From Lytechinus pictus (lineage: Eukaryota), in NCBI RefSeq assembly GCF_037042905.1, contig NC_087245.1, positions 36,644,001 to 36,708,000 of the forward strand: 64,000 bases of DNA, written 5' to 3'. The position numbers were made by a program, and so were the translations under genes. This document shows positions 53,801 through 63,530 of this stretch, one piece after another. The notes beneath the pieces are model-generated. The model saw only the letters and a program-made list of their open reading frames with translations, was not told the DNA's origin and did not search any database. The stretch's first letter is position 1. Each line of letters starts with the position of its first letter.

Positions 53801-56800
53801 ATTAAAAGAGAGGAGAAGAATGGTCGTCATACCTCCTGGTAGGGTGTACCTCTGAAGATAGAAGTTCTGACAGGTGCCTAGTTTAGCTGCAGAAACCTGA
53901 TCAATGGAAGATATACTGCTCCCTTCAGTCTGCCGGGTTATCCTACCCACCACACGCTGAAAGAAAATGCATCAAATATCGCTTATTTCAAATGGAGAAA
54001 TACAATTAATTATGACTCTTCCTGGCAAAGCAAGAACATATATGGAACAAAATCATTATTTCTGCTTGATTAGATTATTGCCCTGAGCAAAACAAAACAC
54101 AAAATCAGGTTTATCATTCTGCTATCGATAATACTATCAAATGTATGAAAGACAAAAGGCCTCTCGACTGTCAATCACACATTCACCCAGGTTTCACCGA
54201 CTAGCCTTGTTTCAGGCACTACTTGACAAAAAATATAGCAAAGTCACGAAGCCTTGTCAAAAGATAATAATCGGCAGAAGTAAAGGAATGCCTACCTCCT
54301 CTGTATTTCAAGAACCAATCATTGAACAAACACTTGGGTAAGAATTCACAAAGGTGGTTTTGAAAACCCACGGTTGAGTCCATGGTTTATGCAAATTTCC
54401 TGTATAAATTACGCTTATATTACCGCGTATCTTAAAAAAATGTCCAATGCTGATGTGCGCTTTTGTCACAGTGCGCCAAATTGACGCCTGTTGCCGTGGT
54501 TATCCACGCTATTTGATTCATGAGTCCACTGTTTTGAATTAATGAGTCCACTCTTCAAACAGTGGACTAATGAATAAAATAGCGTATCTAACCATGGTAA
54601 CAGGCGTCAATTCGGCGCACTGTGACAAAAGCGCGCATCAGCATTGGACATTTTTTATACATGCGCCCGATACGCGCTAAATTAAGCTCAATTTATACAG
54701 GAAATCTGCATAAACCATGGAATCAACCGTGGGTTTTCAGAACCATCTTTGTGAATTCGGGCCATTCCTTCACAAAATTTGTTCTTTGCATCCCCTCTTC
54801 AATTCCTAAATCCGCCACTATTCTATATGTGAACAACTGTTGGCACATACACAGACGGAACTAATGTCAAAGACAGCATACGTACAGGTTTCACATTGAG
54901 TACAAGGCTGATTCCACAAGCCAATAAGAAGTCTTGAGCGAGTCTCGCAACAGACTTCTCTACAACCAAGACAGTCGGACGGAGAGCAACGATCTTAGAG
55001 ACACAGTTCTTGAGGTATTCATGTTCCTGTAAACATACAACAAACATACCTAGAATTAGAAGAAAAAAATAAAATCATCAACAGTAACAAACACATTACC
55101 TTTTCAAGGGCCGAATCTCAAAAGTAATACAATATCTTATATCAAATATTTTGTCTAAAATATTTTTGTGACATGGCTTTGATTCTACTTGTAGTTGTTT
55201 ATTACTTTTAGAAATAAAAAAAATAATAATATGAAGCGACAATCTCGAAAATGAAAAACATAGGTTTAACATACAAGTACCGGTATGTGCACGAGTACGC
55301 AGATACAGACTTAGACAAACAAATTCTGAATACATGTACTATGATTGACGGATTTTCTACTGATAAATGGTTCATTCTACTGGACTTGCTTTGCTTTTAA
55401 AATGATTTAAACTGTATTTTTTGCAATCAAAATTTTCTAACCTGAAAAACTGTGTTTTCCATGAAGTTCTGGGAATTCTATTTTCATTGCAAATTCAATT
55501 CAATTTTTTTGCAGTTTCCAAATTGTGGCAAACTGGGGATTTTATATAAATGGGTTCAGCATGTTCTGACTAGTTTAAACTCTTCCTTGTGATGTGTATG
55601 GATTTTGATTCTGCATCAAAACACTGATTTTCACTGGCTAACTTGTTATTAGCCAATCAGAACCAAGGATTTCAGTATCTTATAAGAGCTTACACTATTT
55701 GTTTCATTAAAATGCTCCCCTGGTTAGATTAACTCTAACCAAACTTGTGTCTTTTTTTGCTGTACTGTTACCCGGGGGGTGGGGGAAGGGGGGGGGGGTT
55801 AAATCAACCCCATTGAGATCTTCGCTGCTGATCGCCGTGAAAAGGCTGTATGATTAATTATGAAATAATTCATTATCCTAATTTTTGCATAAATCCCTAG
55901 ATGAAGCTCCTAGAATGCTAATATTTTGGTGCTTTATAACATTCCTAACAATCATCTTAATTTGAAAAAAATATTGGTTTGATAATCTATTTCTTACACT
56001 GTATTGTACAGTTTCTGAATTTCTTAATGTATTTCTGAGTGTTTTTTTACTTTTTATTTCTGTTTATTTTCACCCCCCCCCCCCCACTTCACCCTGGCAA
56101 TTTTAGGGTTAAAAGAGGGGAAAAGGTCACCTGTAGAACAAGAGGTTCCAGGGAAGCTAACTTATTCTGTACTCTCTGATGCTCAATGGCTGCTTGCAAT
56201 AGAAGAATCCGGGGATTACTTTGCTTCTGTGACATCTGAAACACAAAAAATATACAAAACTTATAAAAATGTTTCGATTTAGATGTTATACTTTAATTAA
56301 TTTCTTGTTCAAATTAACAATATATTTACAAGTTTTATATTACACGATTAGATCTCTGTAGTTGCTGAGAAATTGAGAAAATGAGCATGGCATTCTTGCC
56401 AAGTGTCAGGTCTCTTTCCAAGCAATTCAAATACAATGTCCCACATGTGTTTATATGTGTTGGTGATTTAGTGTGACTGGTCATTTTCAGCATAGATTTT
56501 GTGTTTTAATAAGAGTTGGTTTTCAATGCTGTCTACAGAGGCCACTTATTCTGTTCAGCTCTAGTGACCTTTATACAGGTAGCACTGTACTTTGTCGCTT
56601 GCTACTCTACCAGTCCTGGGTATTCTGAGCGTTCTTCTCAAGACCTGCATTTCTACTGATCTTTGGAAGTCTGAACAGTGGTACAGGTAACTAGAAGATG
56701 CTAACGATCCAACATTTGTTTAGACCAGAATGGACTGCTTGAGATGTGGTTGATAGGAAATAAAAATGAAAGAGAATGGGTTGCAGTAGAAAGGCAAGAA

Positions 56801-58862
56801 AGATATATTAAGAGACATAAAGGTGCAGTCTTGAGCAAGGACTCGGAGCAGGAGAAGAGTAGATCAGTTGAGGAGTCTCGGTAGCAATGATTAGGTGAGA
56901 AGACAAGCCTTGATGATGATGTTCCGAGCAGCTTGATTTCTAAACAAGTCAAAATATCTTTTATCTGTTTTTCTGTTTGTTTCTGTTTGTGGTAACTCCC
57001 GTAGCAACTCGACAGGACAGCATTTTTGCTGGTAAACGCCAAGCTGGTATATAACCAATTACCTATGAAACATTTTACGTCTAGGTTAATCACTCATAGT
57101 GGCTGACGTTATAGACGACAGATATCACTCTTGGGCCTTTATTATCAAAGTGGAGACAATGGCAGAGTTGGGATTCGAACTCACAACCTTGCGATTATGA
57201 GTCCAATGCTCTAACCACTGGACCACACGACCCGTAAATATCAAGTGCAAGTCCCAAATACGAACTTTGATTGGTTGGAAATCATGTTGGATATTATTTT
57301 GGGGGTTGCATTACATTGCAACTATATCCGCAACGGGACTCAGAAGTGACAGAACTTTAAGGACAATCTTTGGCTCACCTTCTTATGTGCCACATTCTTG
57401 GTTGAGATGACACCCTTGACCAAACAGCATTCAGATCTACTGCCTCCTGGGACCCTCTTGATGTGGACATAGTATCTGATATCCATCACATCACCCTCAG
57501 CAACATTGGGTTTGACCTTGTAGAAAAAAAAAATATCTCATAGGAACAGAAGGCGTATTTAGACCACCTCAAAGTTTGAGAATGCCAGGTATTCCCTGAT
57601 GAGGAAATTTACCCTGATCTACCCCAATCAGAAAATACCAGGTTTTTTTTTGCAGATTTTTTGCTAAATAATAGTAGGTACTTGCCAAAATTATTTGCAT
57701 GGATTTTTTTTATCTTAGGTCATGGGTATTTTGGCAGTGTGGCAGCAAATAACAGGAACTTTCTCAACCCAGCGAGCAGGTGGCGCGAACGCTGTGGCTC
57801 CGCCTGCTAATCAGATGGTAAATTGCCAATTCGTCCACTGCCAACTCGTCTACTCACCACATGGTATACCTTCATTTAGTTTAATGCCATTCTGTCCATC
57901 AACATTTCATCTAACAACCATTTGGTCCAATCATCACTTTGTATTTATAATCACCATTTCGTCTATTACCATTTTGTCTCAATGGTCTAATATCCATTTT
58001 TCTTTTCATACATTTTGCACAATTAACACTTTAGATAATTAGACCAAATGGTATATGGGCTAAATTGCTACTGGACCAACTGGTTATTAGACGGAATGGC
58101 AATAGACTAAATGAAAGTAGACCATGTGGTGAGTAGACGAAGTGATGATAGACCAAATGGTAGTAGACAAGTTGGCAATTGGACAAATTTGCATTAGACA
58201 AATTGGAAATAAACCAATCAGATCATACTGCGTATGCTCATCAATTTGAGAATTTACCCAGAATGAAAGGGTCTGCTTCGGGTCGGTTTTTAATTCCACA
58301 GTGCCTTTCATTCAGAAACTACATGTGGAAACCGGCACTCCACATTGCTCTGACTAGATTACATTGGATATTAATAATAACAATGATAGCTAAATCTATA
58401 TAGCCCTTTTTTGCCAGAGGATACAAATTGCGACTATTATTACCCTGGATTTCGCTCGAGCAACAACTTTATCAGCGGCACTCATTGCATGCAAGAGAGT
58501 AATCCTGCCAGGTACCTCAACCTGGTCCAGTGCAGCACATGGCTGTAATTTGAACCCTTGACCCTCTGTTTCAAAGTCCAGAGACTAATCCTTTGGGCCA
58601 CAGTTCCTTACCATTGAGCATATCTTCTTGGCAAGAGGCAGGATCTTCTCTCCCCAGCTTAGGTCTAGTCCTTCATGCTGGAGCTGCTGATCCAAGAAAG
58701 CAACCAGGATCTTGTTAGCCTCAGTCCTAATGGATTCCAGGACCAGGTCCCCAGTCGTATCTGGACAGGCTAGACCAGGCTCCAACATCTCGTAGCTCCA
58801 GGGGAAGGACTGGGAAAGGCCTGGAGATGGTTGACTTATCACCGAGGTCCCTCCAAAACTAT
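18622..58862 (-). CDS. PIKFYVE: PIKfyve/Fab1 1-phosphatidylinositol-3-phosphate 5-kinase, gene span within window (28 exons, 5'-partial)
   Basis: Chain of phase-compatible GT-AG exons encoding the CCT-like domain, CCR domain and kinase motifs GGKSGS, FDLKGS, MDYSLLVG, DFIRTFTWDKKLE, PTVVSP. Confidence 0.96.
18837..19452. mobile_element. MITE, same family as 2548-3156
   Basis: ttaaaggacaagtccacccc..gtggacttgccctttga; internal similarity to the 2548 copy. Confidence 0.8.
19655..19714 (-). CDS. PIKFYVE: PIKfyve kinase exon, activation loop (DFIRTFTWDKKLETFVKSTS)
   Basis: Hand translation; tttcag|AC, CAG|gtaatt. Confidence 0.93.
19939..20100 (-). CDS. PIKFYVE: PIKfyve kinase exon (IVDSPLYIR..MDYSLLVG..GII)
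   Basis: MDYSLL catalytic motif; ttgcag|AC, TCG|gtatgt. Confidence 0.96.
20969..21194 (-). CDS. PIKFYVE: PIKfyve kinase exon (KPTALTKILG..ENLFY..FDLKGSVRNR..LLDENL)
   Basis: DLKGS motif; tttcag|AAA, AAC|gtaaga. Confidence 0.96.
21695..21798 (-). CDS. PIKFYVE: PIKfyve kinase exon (DDRLILKQM..FAPHYFQYI..)
   Basis: Catalytic Lys motif ILKQ; ctgtag|AT, AAT|gtaagt. Confidence 0.95.
22444..22623 (-). CDS. PIKFYVE: PIKfyve kinase exon (FSDE..FIRSLSRC..ARGGKSGSKFMKTM)
   Basis: G-loop GGKSGS; ccacag|AA, TGG|gtgagt. Confidence 0.95.
23010..23180. repeat. (TAGA)n/(GACA)n microsatellite followed by a GA-rich tract
   Basis: Direct inspection. Confidence 0.95.
23779..23835 (-). CDS. PIKFYVE: PIKfyve exon (RLNPDDRLDDLPLPHIEL)
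   Basis: atgcag|AG, TAC|gtgagt; joins the next exon to give HIELQFSD. Confidence 0.85.
24200..24990 (+). mobile_element. Penelope-like element remnant, GIY-YIG endonuclease (frameshifted, ~245-bp internal duplication)
   Basis: ITCKPTWIIYLITCTKCKKQYVGK..RFN; downstream RE.FWISKLKTLQPNG. Confidence 0.8.
25692..25735 (+). ncRNA. Candidate minimal hammerhead ribozyme at the end of the Penelope element
   Basis: CTGAAGA-a-GGCC-caattat-GGCC-GAAA-GCTT; stem I weak. Confidence 0.5.
26240..26520 (-). mobile_element. tRNA-derived SINE; related copies at 28040-28360, 32140-32340, 42500-42805, 58430-58602
   Basis: gggattcgaacc B-box complement, shared body, (AAT)n tail. Confidence 0.75.
26585..26850 (+). 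mobile_element. L2/CR1-like LINE ORF2 3' fragment
   Basis: LHNLHWLP..GDRTFTVASSMEWNKLP; similar relics at ~39930-40090 (-) and ~60440-60560 (+). Confidence 0.65.
26985..27113 (-). CDS. PIKFYVE: PIKfyve exon (RISQGVMMFQRTK..DNDSQ)
   Basis: tcacag|GT acceptor chosen for phase 1; AAG|gtatga donor. Confidence 0.72.
27631..27851 (-). CDS. PIKFYVE: PIKfyve exon (SEQYKTKLYEVQQ..KIGQLK)
   Basis: caacag|C, AAC|gtgagt; phase 2-1. Confidence 0.82.
28384..28479 (-). CDS. PIKFYVE: PIKfyve exon (PADEHH..IVYDKEPSSIIAYALS)
   Basis: Conserved EPSSIIAYALS motif; ctccag|C, CAG|gtaatc. Confidence 0.93.
28863..29016 (-). CDS. PIKFYVE: PIKfyve exon (EEPVTSV..AVKGFLNQFL..IETPF)
   Basis: ctgcag|CT (alternative AG at 29022 also in frame), TTT|gtaagt. 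Confidence 0.8.
30091..30267 (-). CDS. PIKFYVE: PIKfyve exon, linker (RDVEKSCET..IPCST)
   Basis: tttcag|AA, CTG|gtaatt; phase 1-1. Confidence 0.7.
31257..31379 (-). CDS. PIKFYVE: PIKfyve exon, linker (ANDNLEPSVRGS..APNN)
   Basis: tcctag|AT, ACA|gtgagt; phase 1-1. Confidence 0.68.
31849..32138 (+). mobile_element. 5'-truncated copy of the same SINE, adjacent to older SINE pieces (31690-32340)
   Basis: Near-identical reverse complement of 59285-59575; (TAT)n tail. Confidence 0.85.
32586..33190. mobile_element. Helentron-like non-autonomous element (HINE-type)
   Basis: aacaagtgg start, subterminal IR gtctcgcctgca, tgacctttgac subrepeats; further copies at 46908 and 62048. Confidence 0.55.
33930..34058 (-). 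CDS. PIKFYVE: PIKfyve exon, linker (SMLGDISLT..MDSPPQ)
   Basis: atgcag|TC, AAC|gtaagt; symmetric phase 1-1, so possibly a cassette exon. Confidence 0.62.
35458..35652. mobile_element. Short MITE
   Basis: gggtgttgcaagaaa / tttcttgcaacaccc. Confidence 0.6.
35815..36016 (-). CDS. PIKFYVE: PIKfyve exon, low-complexity linker (SKTAFPFGLTPP..RDDSD)
   Basis: Open frame; ttccag|TCT, ATG|gtaatg; phase 0-1. Confidence 0.72.
36410..36515 (-). CDS. PIKFYVE: PIKfyve exon (FHDFLQQEKELEK..TKLE)
   Basis: Hand translation; ttgcag|A, GAG|gtatat. Confidence 0.82.
37076..37175 (-). CDS. PIKFYVE: PIKfyve exon (SDFCLEDQLL..AEINFAWNTR)
   Basis: Hand translation; ctttag|GG, AAG|gtaaat. Confidence 0.83.
38384..38495 (-). 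CDS. PIKFYVE: PIKfyve exon (MDCNRFKQNMDEVEAK..SGND)
   Basis: Hand translation; ttttag|ATG, ACT|gtaagt; phase 0-1. Confidence 0.8.
39598..39706 (-). CDS. PIKFYVE: PIKfyve exon (GNQVFRGIF..EFTSQYE)
   Basis: atgcag|A, GAA|gtaggt; phases fit neighbours. Confidence 0.8.
40246..40837. mobile_element. TTAA-flanked MITE with long TIRs, nested in another MITE (40224-40985)
   Basis: ttaaaggagaatgaaactcttg..caagggtttcaatctcctttaa; inverted arms of roughly 190 bp. Confidence 0.8.
41626..41739 (-). CDS. PIKFYVE: PIKfyve exon (FSPIILREIAFPP..SLVIR)
   Basis: tttcag|A, CAG|gtaggt; phase 2-2. Confidence 0.88.
41765..42130. repeat. (CAT)n simple repeat; others at 21375-21545, 29210-29337, 29658-29757
   Basis: Direct inspection. 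Confidence 0.92.
43224..43402 (-). CDS. PIKFYVE: PIKfyve exon (VTPVQPMSRDTWHMSFAKYLE..CCHSLHHHHYQYF..VASFK)
   Basis: Hand translation; ctccag|GTA, CAA|gtaagt. Confidence 0.93.
43825..43996 (-). CDS. PIKFYVE: PIKfyve exon, CCR domain (ANYLCPSETC..HVRRFVHG..WSWCRRCKQ)
   Basis: ctcag|T acceptor, CAG|gttagt donor; Cys/His motifs. Confidence 0.92.
44715..46354 (-). CDS. PIKFYVE: PIKfyve large exon (VKRVLNLMVYAVYHSRLE..FYGYNDITLGMFLDRYCF)
   Basis: 549-aa ORF; ttgcag|GTG, TAG|gtgagt (phase 2). Confidence 0.95.
46908..47950. mobile_element. Two joined copies of the same Helentron-like family
   Basis: Motif agcagcagtgctgactttga occurs twice; terminal hairpin gtctcgctctgctatgcaggcgagac. Confidence 0.55.
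48184..48278 (-). CDS. PIKFYVE: PIKfyve exon (GFTKTLMFFDGCPGHLGCSVLLRGGGIAELSK)
   Basis: ORF track; tgacag|GT, AAG|gttagc; conserved KTLMFF.GC..LG..LLRG motif. Confidence 0.93.
48245..52650. repeat. Intronic tandem array, about 36 copies of a 122-bp unit derived from a PIKfyve intron/exon junction
   Basis: Unit gggcagccatcaaagaacattaatgtctttgtgaaacctgtcaatgaatg..gtagatcatgacaa; the leftmost copy overlaps exon 48184-48278. Confidence 0.97.
52920..53303 (-). mobile_element. tRNA-derived SINE, related subfamily
   Basis: A/B boxes near 53240-53300, shared cctaccgggtaccc..cacctgggtggag body, (AAT/AAC)n tail. Confidence 0.75.
53833..53956 (-). CDS. PIKFYVE: PIKfyve exon (RVVGRITRQT..LGTCQNF..LPG)
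   Basis: ORF track; tttcag|CGT, GAG|gtatga (phase 1). Confidence 0.9.
54337..54763. mobile_element. Palindromic MITE (~425 bp foldback)
   Basis: gaattcacaaaggtggttttgaaaacccacggttga.. mirrored by ..tcaaccgtgggttttcagaaccatctttgtgaattc. Confidence 0.85.
54886..55026 (-). CDS. PIKFYVE: PIKfyve exon (EHEYLKNCVSKI..VLNVKP)
   Basis: ORF track; ttacag|GAA, CCT|gtacgt. Confidence 0.93.
56131..56235 (-). CDS. PIKFYVE: PIKfyve exon (MSQKQSNPRILLL..LEPLVLQ)
   Basis: Hand translation; tttcag|ATG, CAG|gtgacc. Confidence 0.92.
57379..57516 (-). CDS. PIKFYVE: PIKfyve exon, CCT/TCP-1-like domain (VKPNV..MDIRYYVHIKRVPGG..TKNVAHKK)
   Basis: Hand translation; caag|GTC, AAG|gtgagc; Fab1 motif. Confidence 0.93.
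57815..58215. mobile_element. Foldback-type element built of ttggtc/gaccaa subrepeats
   Basis: ctcgtctactcaccacatggt.. mirrored by ..accatgtggtgagtagacga. Confidence 0.7.
58612..58862 (-). CDS. PIKFYVE: PIKfyve exon (..SFGGTSV..LDQQLQHEGLDLSWGEKILPLAKKICSM)
   Basis: gcag|AT acceptor, ATG|gtaagg donor; start of the chaperonin-like region. Confidence 0.85.
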
Positions 58863-59284
58863 CTGCTCAACAAAGAATATGAAAAAGGGGGAAAAATGGC
58901 ATGATGACCTCTATCTGGTTTAACAAACCTCTTTAAAGACCTCAAACTTTTCAAAGTGAAAGGTGAAGGTGATTTCACTTAAAAATATGAAAAATTTCCC
59001 AAAGGAGTGGGTAGTATAATCATCAATTGATAGAGAGAAAGAAAAGTCAAATTAAAACAATAGCTTGGAATGGGGGAAAAAATCAGGTTTGCTATGGATA
59101 AAAAATATGAAAGAACAATTCTGATTGGTTAATTCTAAGTGTCTTGAACAAAATATGTATGCAACAATGATCAGGATTGGTCATTGGCATTTAGCAATAG
59201 ATTGAAAACCTTTGTGCGCCAAAGGCCTGGTACGTGTTTCATAAAGCTGTTCGTAAGTTACAAGCGACTTGACAAACAACTGGT

Positions 59285-59642
59285 GATAATAATAATAATA
59301 ATATTCCGCATTTATATAGCGCTTAACACATCGGAACGACGTCTCTAAGCACTTTACAGATATATTATTACCCCGGTCATCGGATCCTTGCATGCCCGCA
59401 TACAATGTATGCACCTTCTCCACTCCCTGGGGAGCATTCCAACAAGAGTTCCAAGACTCAATTGCTAGGCATACTACATAGGCTTTCGCATCCTACCGGG
59501 TACCCATTTAACACCTGGGTGGAGAGTGGCAAATTGTGGATCGACGCCTTGCCAAAGGACGCTAGGCCATGGTGGGATTCGAACACACGACCCTCTGATT
59601 ACAAGGCGAGAGTCAGAACCGCTACACCACGGCGCTTCCTCT
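59285..59642 (-). mobile_element. tRNA-derived SINE, near full length, nested in a MITE (59232-59747)
   Basis: A box TGGTGTAGCGG, B box GTTCGAATCC, body ccactctccacccaggtgttaaatgggtacc, (TAT)n tail. Confidence 0.85.
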
Positions 59643-60909
59643 CATAGGAGCTTAATTACCAATAATGATATTTTGTTGCACATAATTTACCACACGATGG
59701 GATCGCCAGTCTTTCCTAACTTTACGGACAGCTTTATGAAACACCAACCTCAATTAACTTCAGAATCTCCTAATGCCCATGAGCTGGATACCTGTATGCT
59801 TTGGCTTCTGTAGAGAATACTAAATCCTGATCAAACATCCTTGATAGATGTACATGTAGTTATGAACACACTACCGAATCAAAAATGACAATCACTTCCT
59901 TCTTTTGTTAATTGGCATGCTTTTCAGAAGTCATGAAGGAAAATCCTCTACATGTTCACTACAGGAAGGTTTATAAATAGCAATGGTAAGAGGTATCACA
60001 GAACACTATCTATCTAAATGGCTTCATGGTTTTGTATGAACTGAATAATGTGTTCAGCAAAATGTAAACTAAATTATACTGGGATGCAGTTTTGTTATCC
60101 TTATTTCCTATATTTGGACTCTTCAAACATAGCTCTATGTTAATTGGGAAGTGAAACCAATTTTGTGTGTTTCATTATACAGTTGTGCCCTTACTATGAC
60201 GTCATTCACACACATACATGTAGATTGGTTGACTAAAATGTTCTCAACACCATGCAGTATTCACTGTGTATGTATGATTACTTACAAACCTCATTTTGAT
60301 TAAAAAAAAAACTACAATTTTCTTGGGTTCTCACTTATAGTGCTGATTAATCCTTATACTTCCCTATGCTAAGGATTTATAACTCATTTACATATTTCTA
60401 GGATTTTTTTGTTCAATTCATCTTTTAAAACAAAGATGTGTGAAGGTGATCGTGCCTTAGTGCTGCATCCAAACTCTGGAATAGTCTCCTTCTTCAAAAA
60501 GAAACGTGTTATCTGTTACTTTGTTCAAAACTAAACTAAAAACCTACCCTTTTCAAGACCGAGTTTCAATACATAAGTCACTTTTGGTTTTATAATTTGT
60601 AGAGACAGTAGGCTTCCCCTTTTCCTGTAATTATCACTTAATCATACTTTTTGTTTACTTATCTTGTTAATTATGTCACCTTTTATTGTAATGCACAGAT
60701 GAGTATATACATGTACATATAGAAATTGCACAATATAAATGTAGAATTATCATTATTATCACTTGCAGTCCATGCTTTCTTGTAGGAGTTAGGGCAAATT
60801 TGATGACCCAAAAGTCTCACATTTTAATGAATGTTGGTATTGGATATAGGATGAAATACAAAACTTTTGATTTTCTCTTGCACACGTATCTATGAATATA
60901 TGACGAGCA

Positions 60910-61385
60910 TTAAAGGGGTACTCTAAGCTGAAAATAATTACATCTTAATAAATAGGGTAAAATTCACCAAGCAAATGCTGAAAACTTCATTAAAATCTGA
61001 TAACAAATAACAAAGTTACTTAATTTTAAAGTTTTAGCAATATTTTGCAAAAACAGCTATATGCACATCATCATGAATGTTTATTAGGTGGGCTGATGAT
61101 GTCAAGTCCCCACTTTTCTTATTTTATTTTGATATTTTTGTCTCTAAATGTCATAAAATATGTTGCAACAATGAATATCTAATGCATTATTATCAGTTGT
61201 CAATCTTTATTTTTGAATGGAGAACAAAATTTGAATAAAAATATAAGAAACTACAATATGCTCAATGAATATTCATAAAGACATGCACATAACTTTTTCA
61301 CCGAAATAATATAAATCTTTAAAATGTCATAACTTTGTTTCTCTTTGTCTGATTTTTATCAAATTTTGAGTGTTTTCAAAAGTTC
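60910..61385. mobile_element. Degenerate TTAA-type MITE
   Basis: ttaaagggg start; shares ctgatgatgtca and aaaatgtcataacttt motifs with the 2548 family. Confidence 0.55.
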
Positions 61386-62047
61386 AAAATATTCTATTTT
61401 TCAATGAAAACAAAAAATACAATTTCAAAGAAAAATTCACAATGTATTTCAGACAGTATCAAGGCTATCAACATAAAAATTGGTCTAGGCCTAGGGTATA
61501 TTATTCATTATGTGCTTGAGCTCCTTCAAGTTCAATTCCCATAAAGCATTAAGTGCACAATTGATAGCACTTCCTTAAAAGTAGGCAAAGACAGCTATAA
61601 TTGCCAACAAAGACATACTGCATCTTTCTTTTCTTTTCAAAACCCATTGAATAGATCAAAAAGCTCCATATACATGTCCATTATATGTCTTCGGTCTATA
61701 TTTATACTGCATTGATGTAATGAAAGGTATATCAAAATTTCATGAAAATAGTAGTAAAATGATGCTGGAGATTACATGTGTTGTGTCCATGAAGGTGAAG
61801 GAAGCATATAAAAAGCAACTAAAATGCATGAAAAGGGATGGAAAGTGCCATAAAGGAGTGACATTTTTAATGGACTAAATAAGCAATTCTAAGAGTCTTT
61901 TTTATAAGCATTGAACTTCGCTATGTCAGAGTGTTTGATGTACTCCGTAATATGTTTTCTAATTGAAGATGAAAGCGATTAAGTAATGGAGGGGTTGATC
62001 ATTTTGTGTAAATGTGCCACAACAGCAACTTTAGCAGTAACTCAAAA

Positions 62048-62748
62048 AACAGGTGGAACACCTCTGGCAGTCTTGTCTGCATTACACGATTCGATATAGC
62101 AGCAGTGCTGACATTGAAAACAGCTATTAAATAATTAATCAAAAAAGAAAATAAAATACTATGTCCATTTACCCAACATGACCTTTGATCTGATCATGTG
62201 ATCTATATAAGACATGTGCTAAACAAATCATTCATACTTGATTATCCTATGTCTATGTGTTATAATTATATACTACATGTGTAGATCCATGAACTTTCTA
62301 AGTTATGATGCAATTTAACAAATACCCCAACATGGCCAAAGTTCATTGACCCTAACTGACCTTTGATTATGGTCATGTGACCTGAAACATGCAAAAGATG
62401 CTCAAGAATACATGATTACTCTTATGTCCCAAGTTTCATGAACTAGATCTATAAACTTTTAAAGTTATGATGACAATTCCACAAATACCCCCAACATGGT
62501 AAAAATTCATTGACCCTAAGTGACCTTTGACATTGGTCATGCAACCTGAAACTCAGGCAGGATGTTCAGTAATACTTGATTACCCTAAGGCTTATGTCCA
62601 AGTTTCATGAACTAGGTCCATATATTTTAAAAGTTATGATGACATTTAAAAAAATTAAACCTTGGTTAAGATTTCAATATTGACGACGCCGCCGCCGTTG
62701 GAAAAGCGGCGCCTATAGTCTCGCTCTGCTATGCAGGTGAGACAACAA
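62048..62748. mobile_element. Helentron-like family copy
   Basis: Same termini and subrepeats as the 32586 and 46908 copies. Confidence 0.55.
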
Positions 62749-62919
62749 AAGGGAAAGAAGAAGTGATGGAATTGAATTACTCTTAACTTATGATGTTGAG
62801 AGTGGATTAATCATTAAGTGTAATGATACTGATTTGACAGTTTAGTCTTTTCTAGTTAGAAGAAAAATTCTATGAACATCAAAGCTATCATGAGTGAGAA
62901 ATACAGTACTATGGGTCAT

Positions 62920-63530
62920 TCCCACCATCAACATCATCTTCACCGTCACCATCACCACCACCACCATCATAATCATCTTTATTATCATCACCACCACCAC
63001 CACTATCATCATCATCATCATAATCATCATCATCAATATTACCATCATCCTTATCACCACGACCATCATCATCATCATCGTCATCATAATCATCATCATC
63101 AATATTACCATCATCCTTATCACCACCACCATCATCATCATCATCGTCATCATCATAATCATCATCATCAATATTACCATCATCCTTATCACCACCACCA
63201 TCATCATCATCATGATCATCGTCATCATCATCATCATAATCATCATCATCAATATTACCATCATCCTTATCACCACCACTATCATCATTGTCATAATTAT
63301 AATCATCATCATCATCATCATAATCATCATCATCAATATTACCATCATCCTTATCACCACCACCATCATCATCATTATCATCTACCTTCATCATCATCAT
63401 CATCATCATAATCACCACCACCATGTATCATCTTCCTCTCCTTCTTGGTACTCCTTCTCTTCAACAACATCACCCTCCTCCTCATCATCATCACCAACAC
63501 CAATGTCATCATCAACATTATCATCACAAT
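62920..63530. repeat. (CAT/CAC)n compound repeat with ~60-bp higher-order period
   Basis: aatcatcatcatcaatattaccatcatccttatcaccac recurs 5 times. Confidence 0.92.

Noticed and set aside
57161..57233. tRNA-Met(CAT) gene on the - strand
   Set aside because: A/B boxes and anticodon loop are present but the acceptor stem is mismatched; more likely a SINE head or pseudogene
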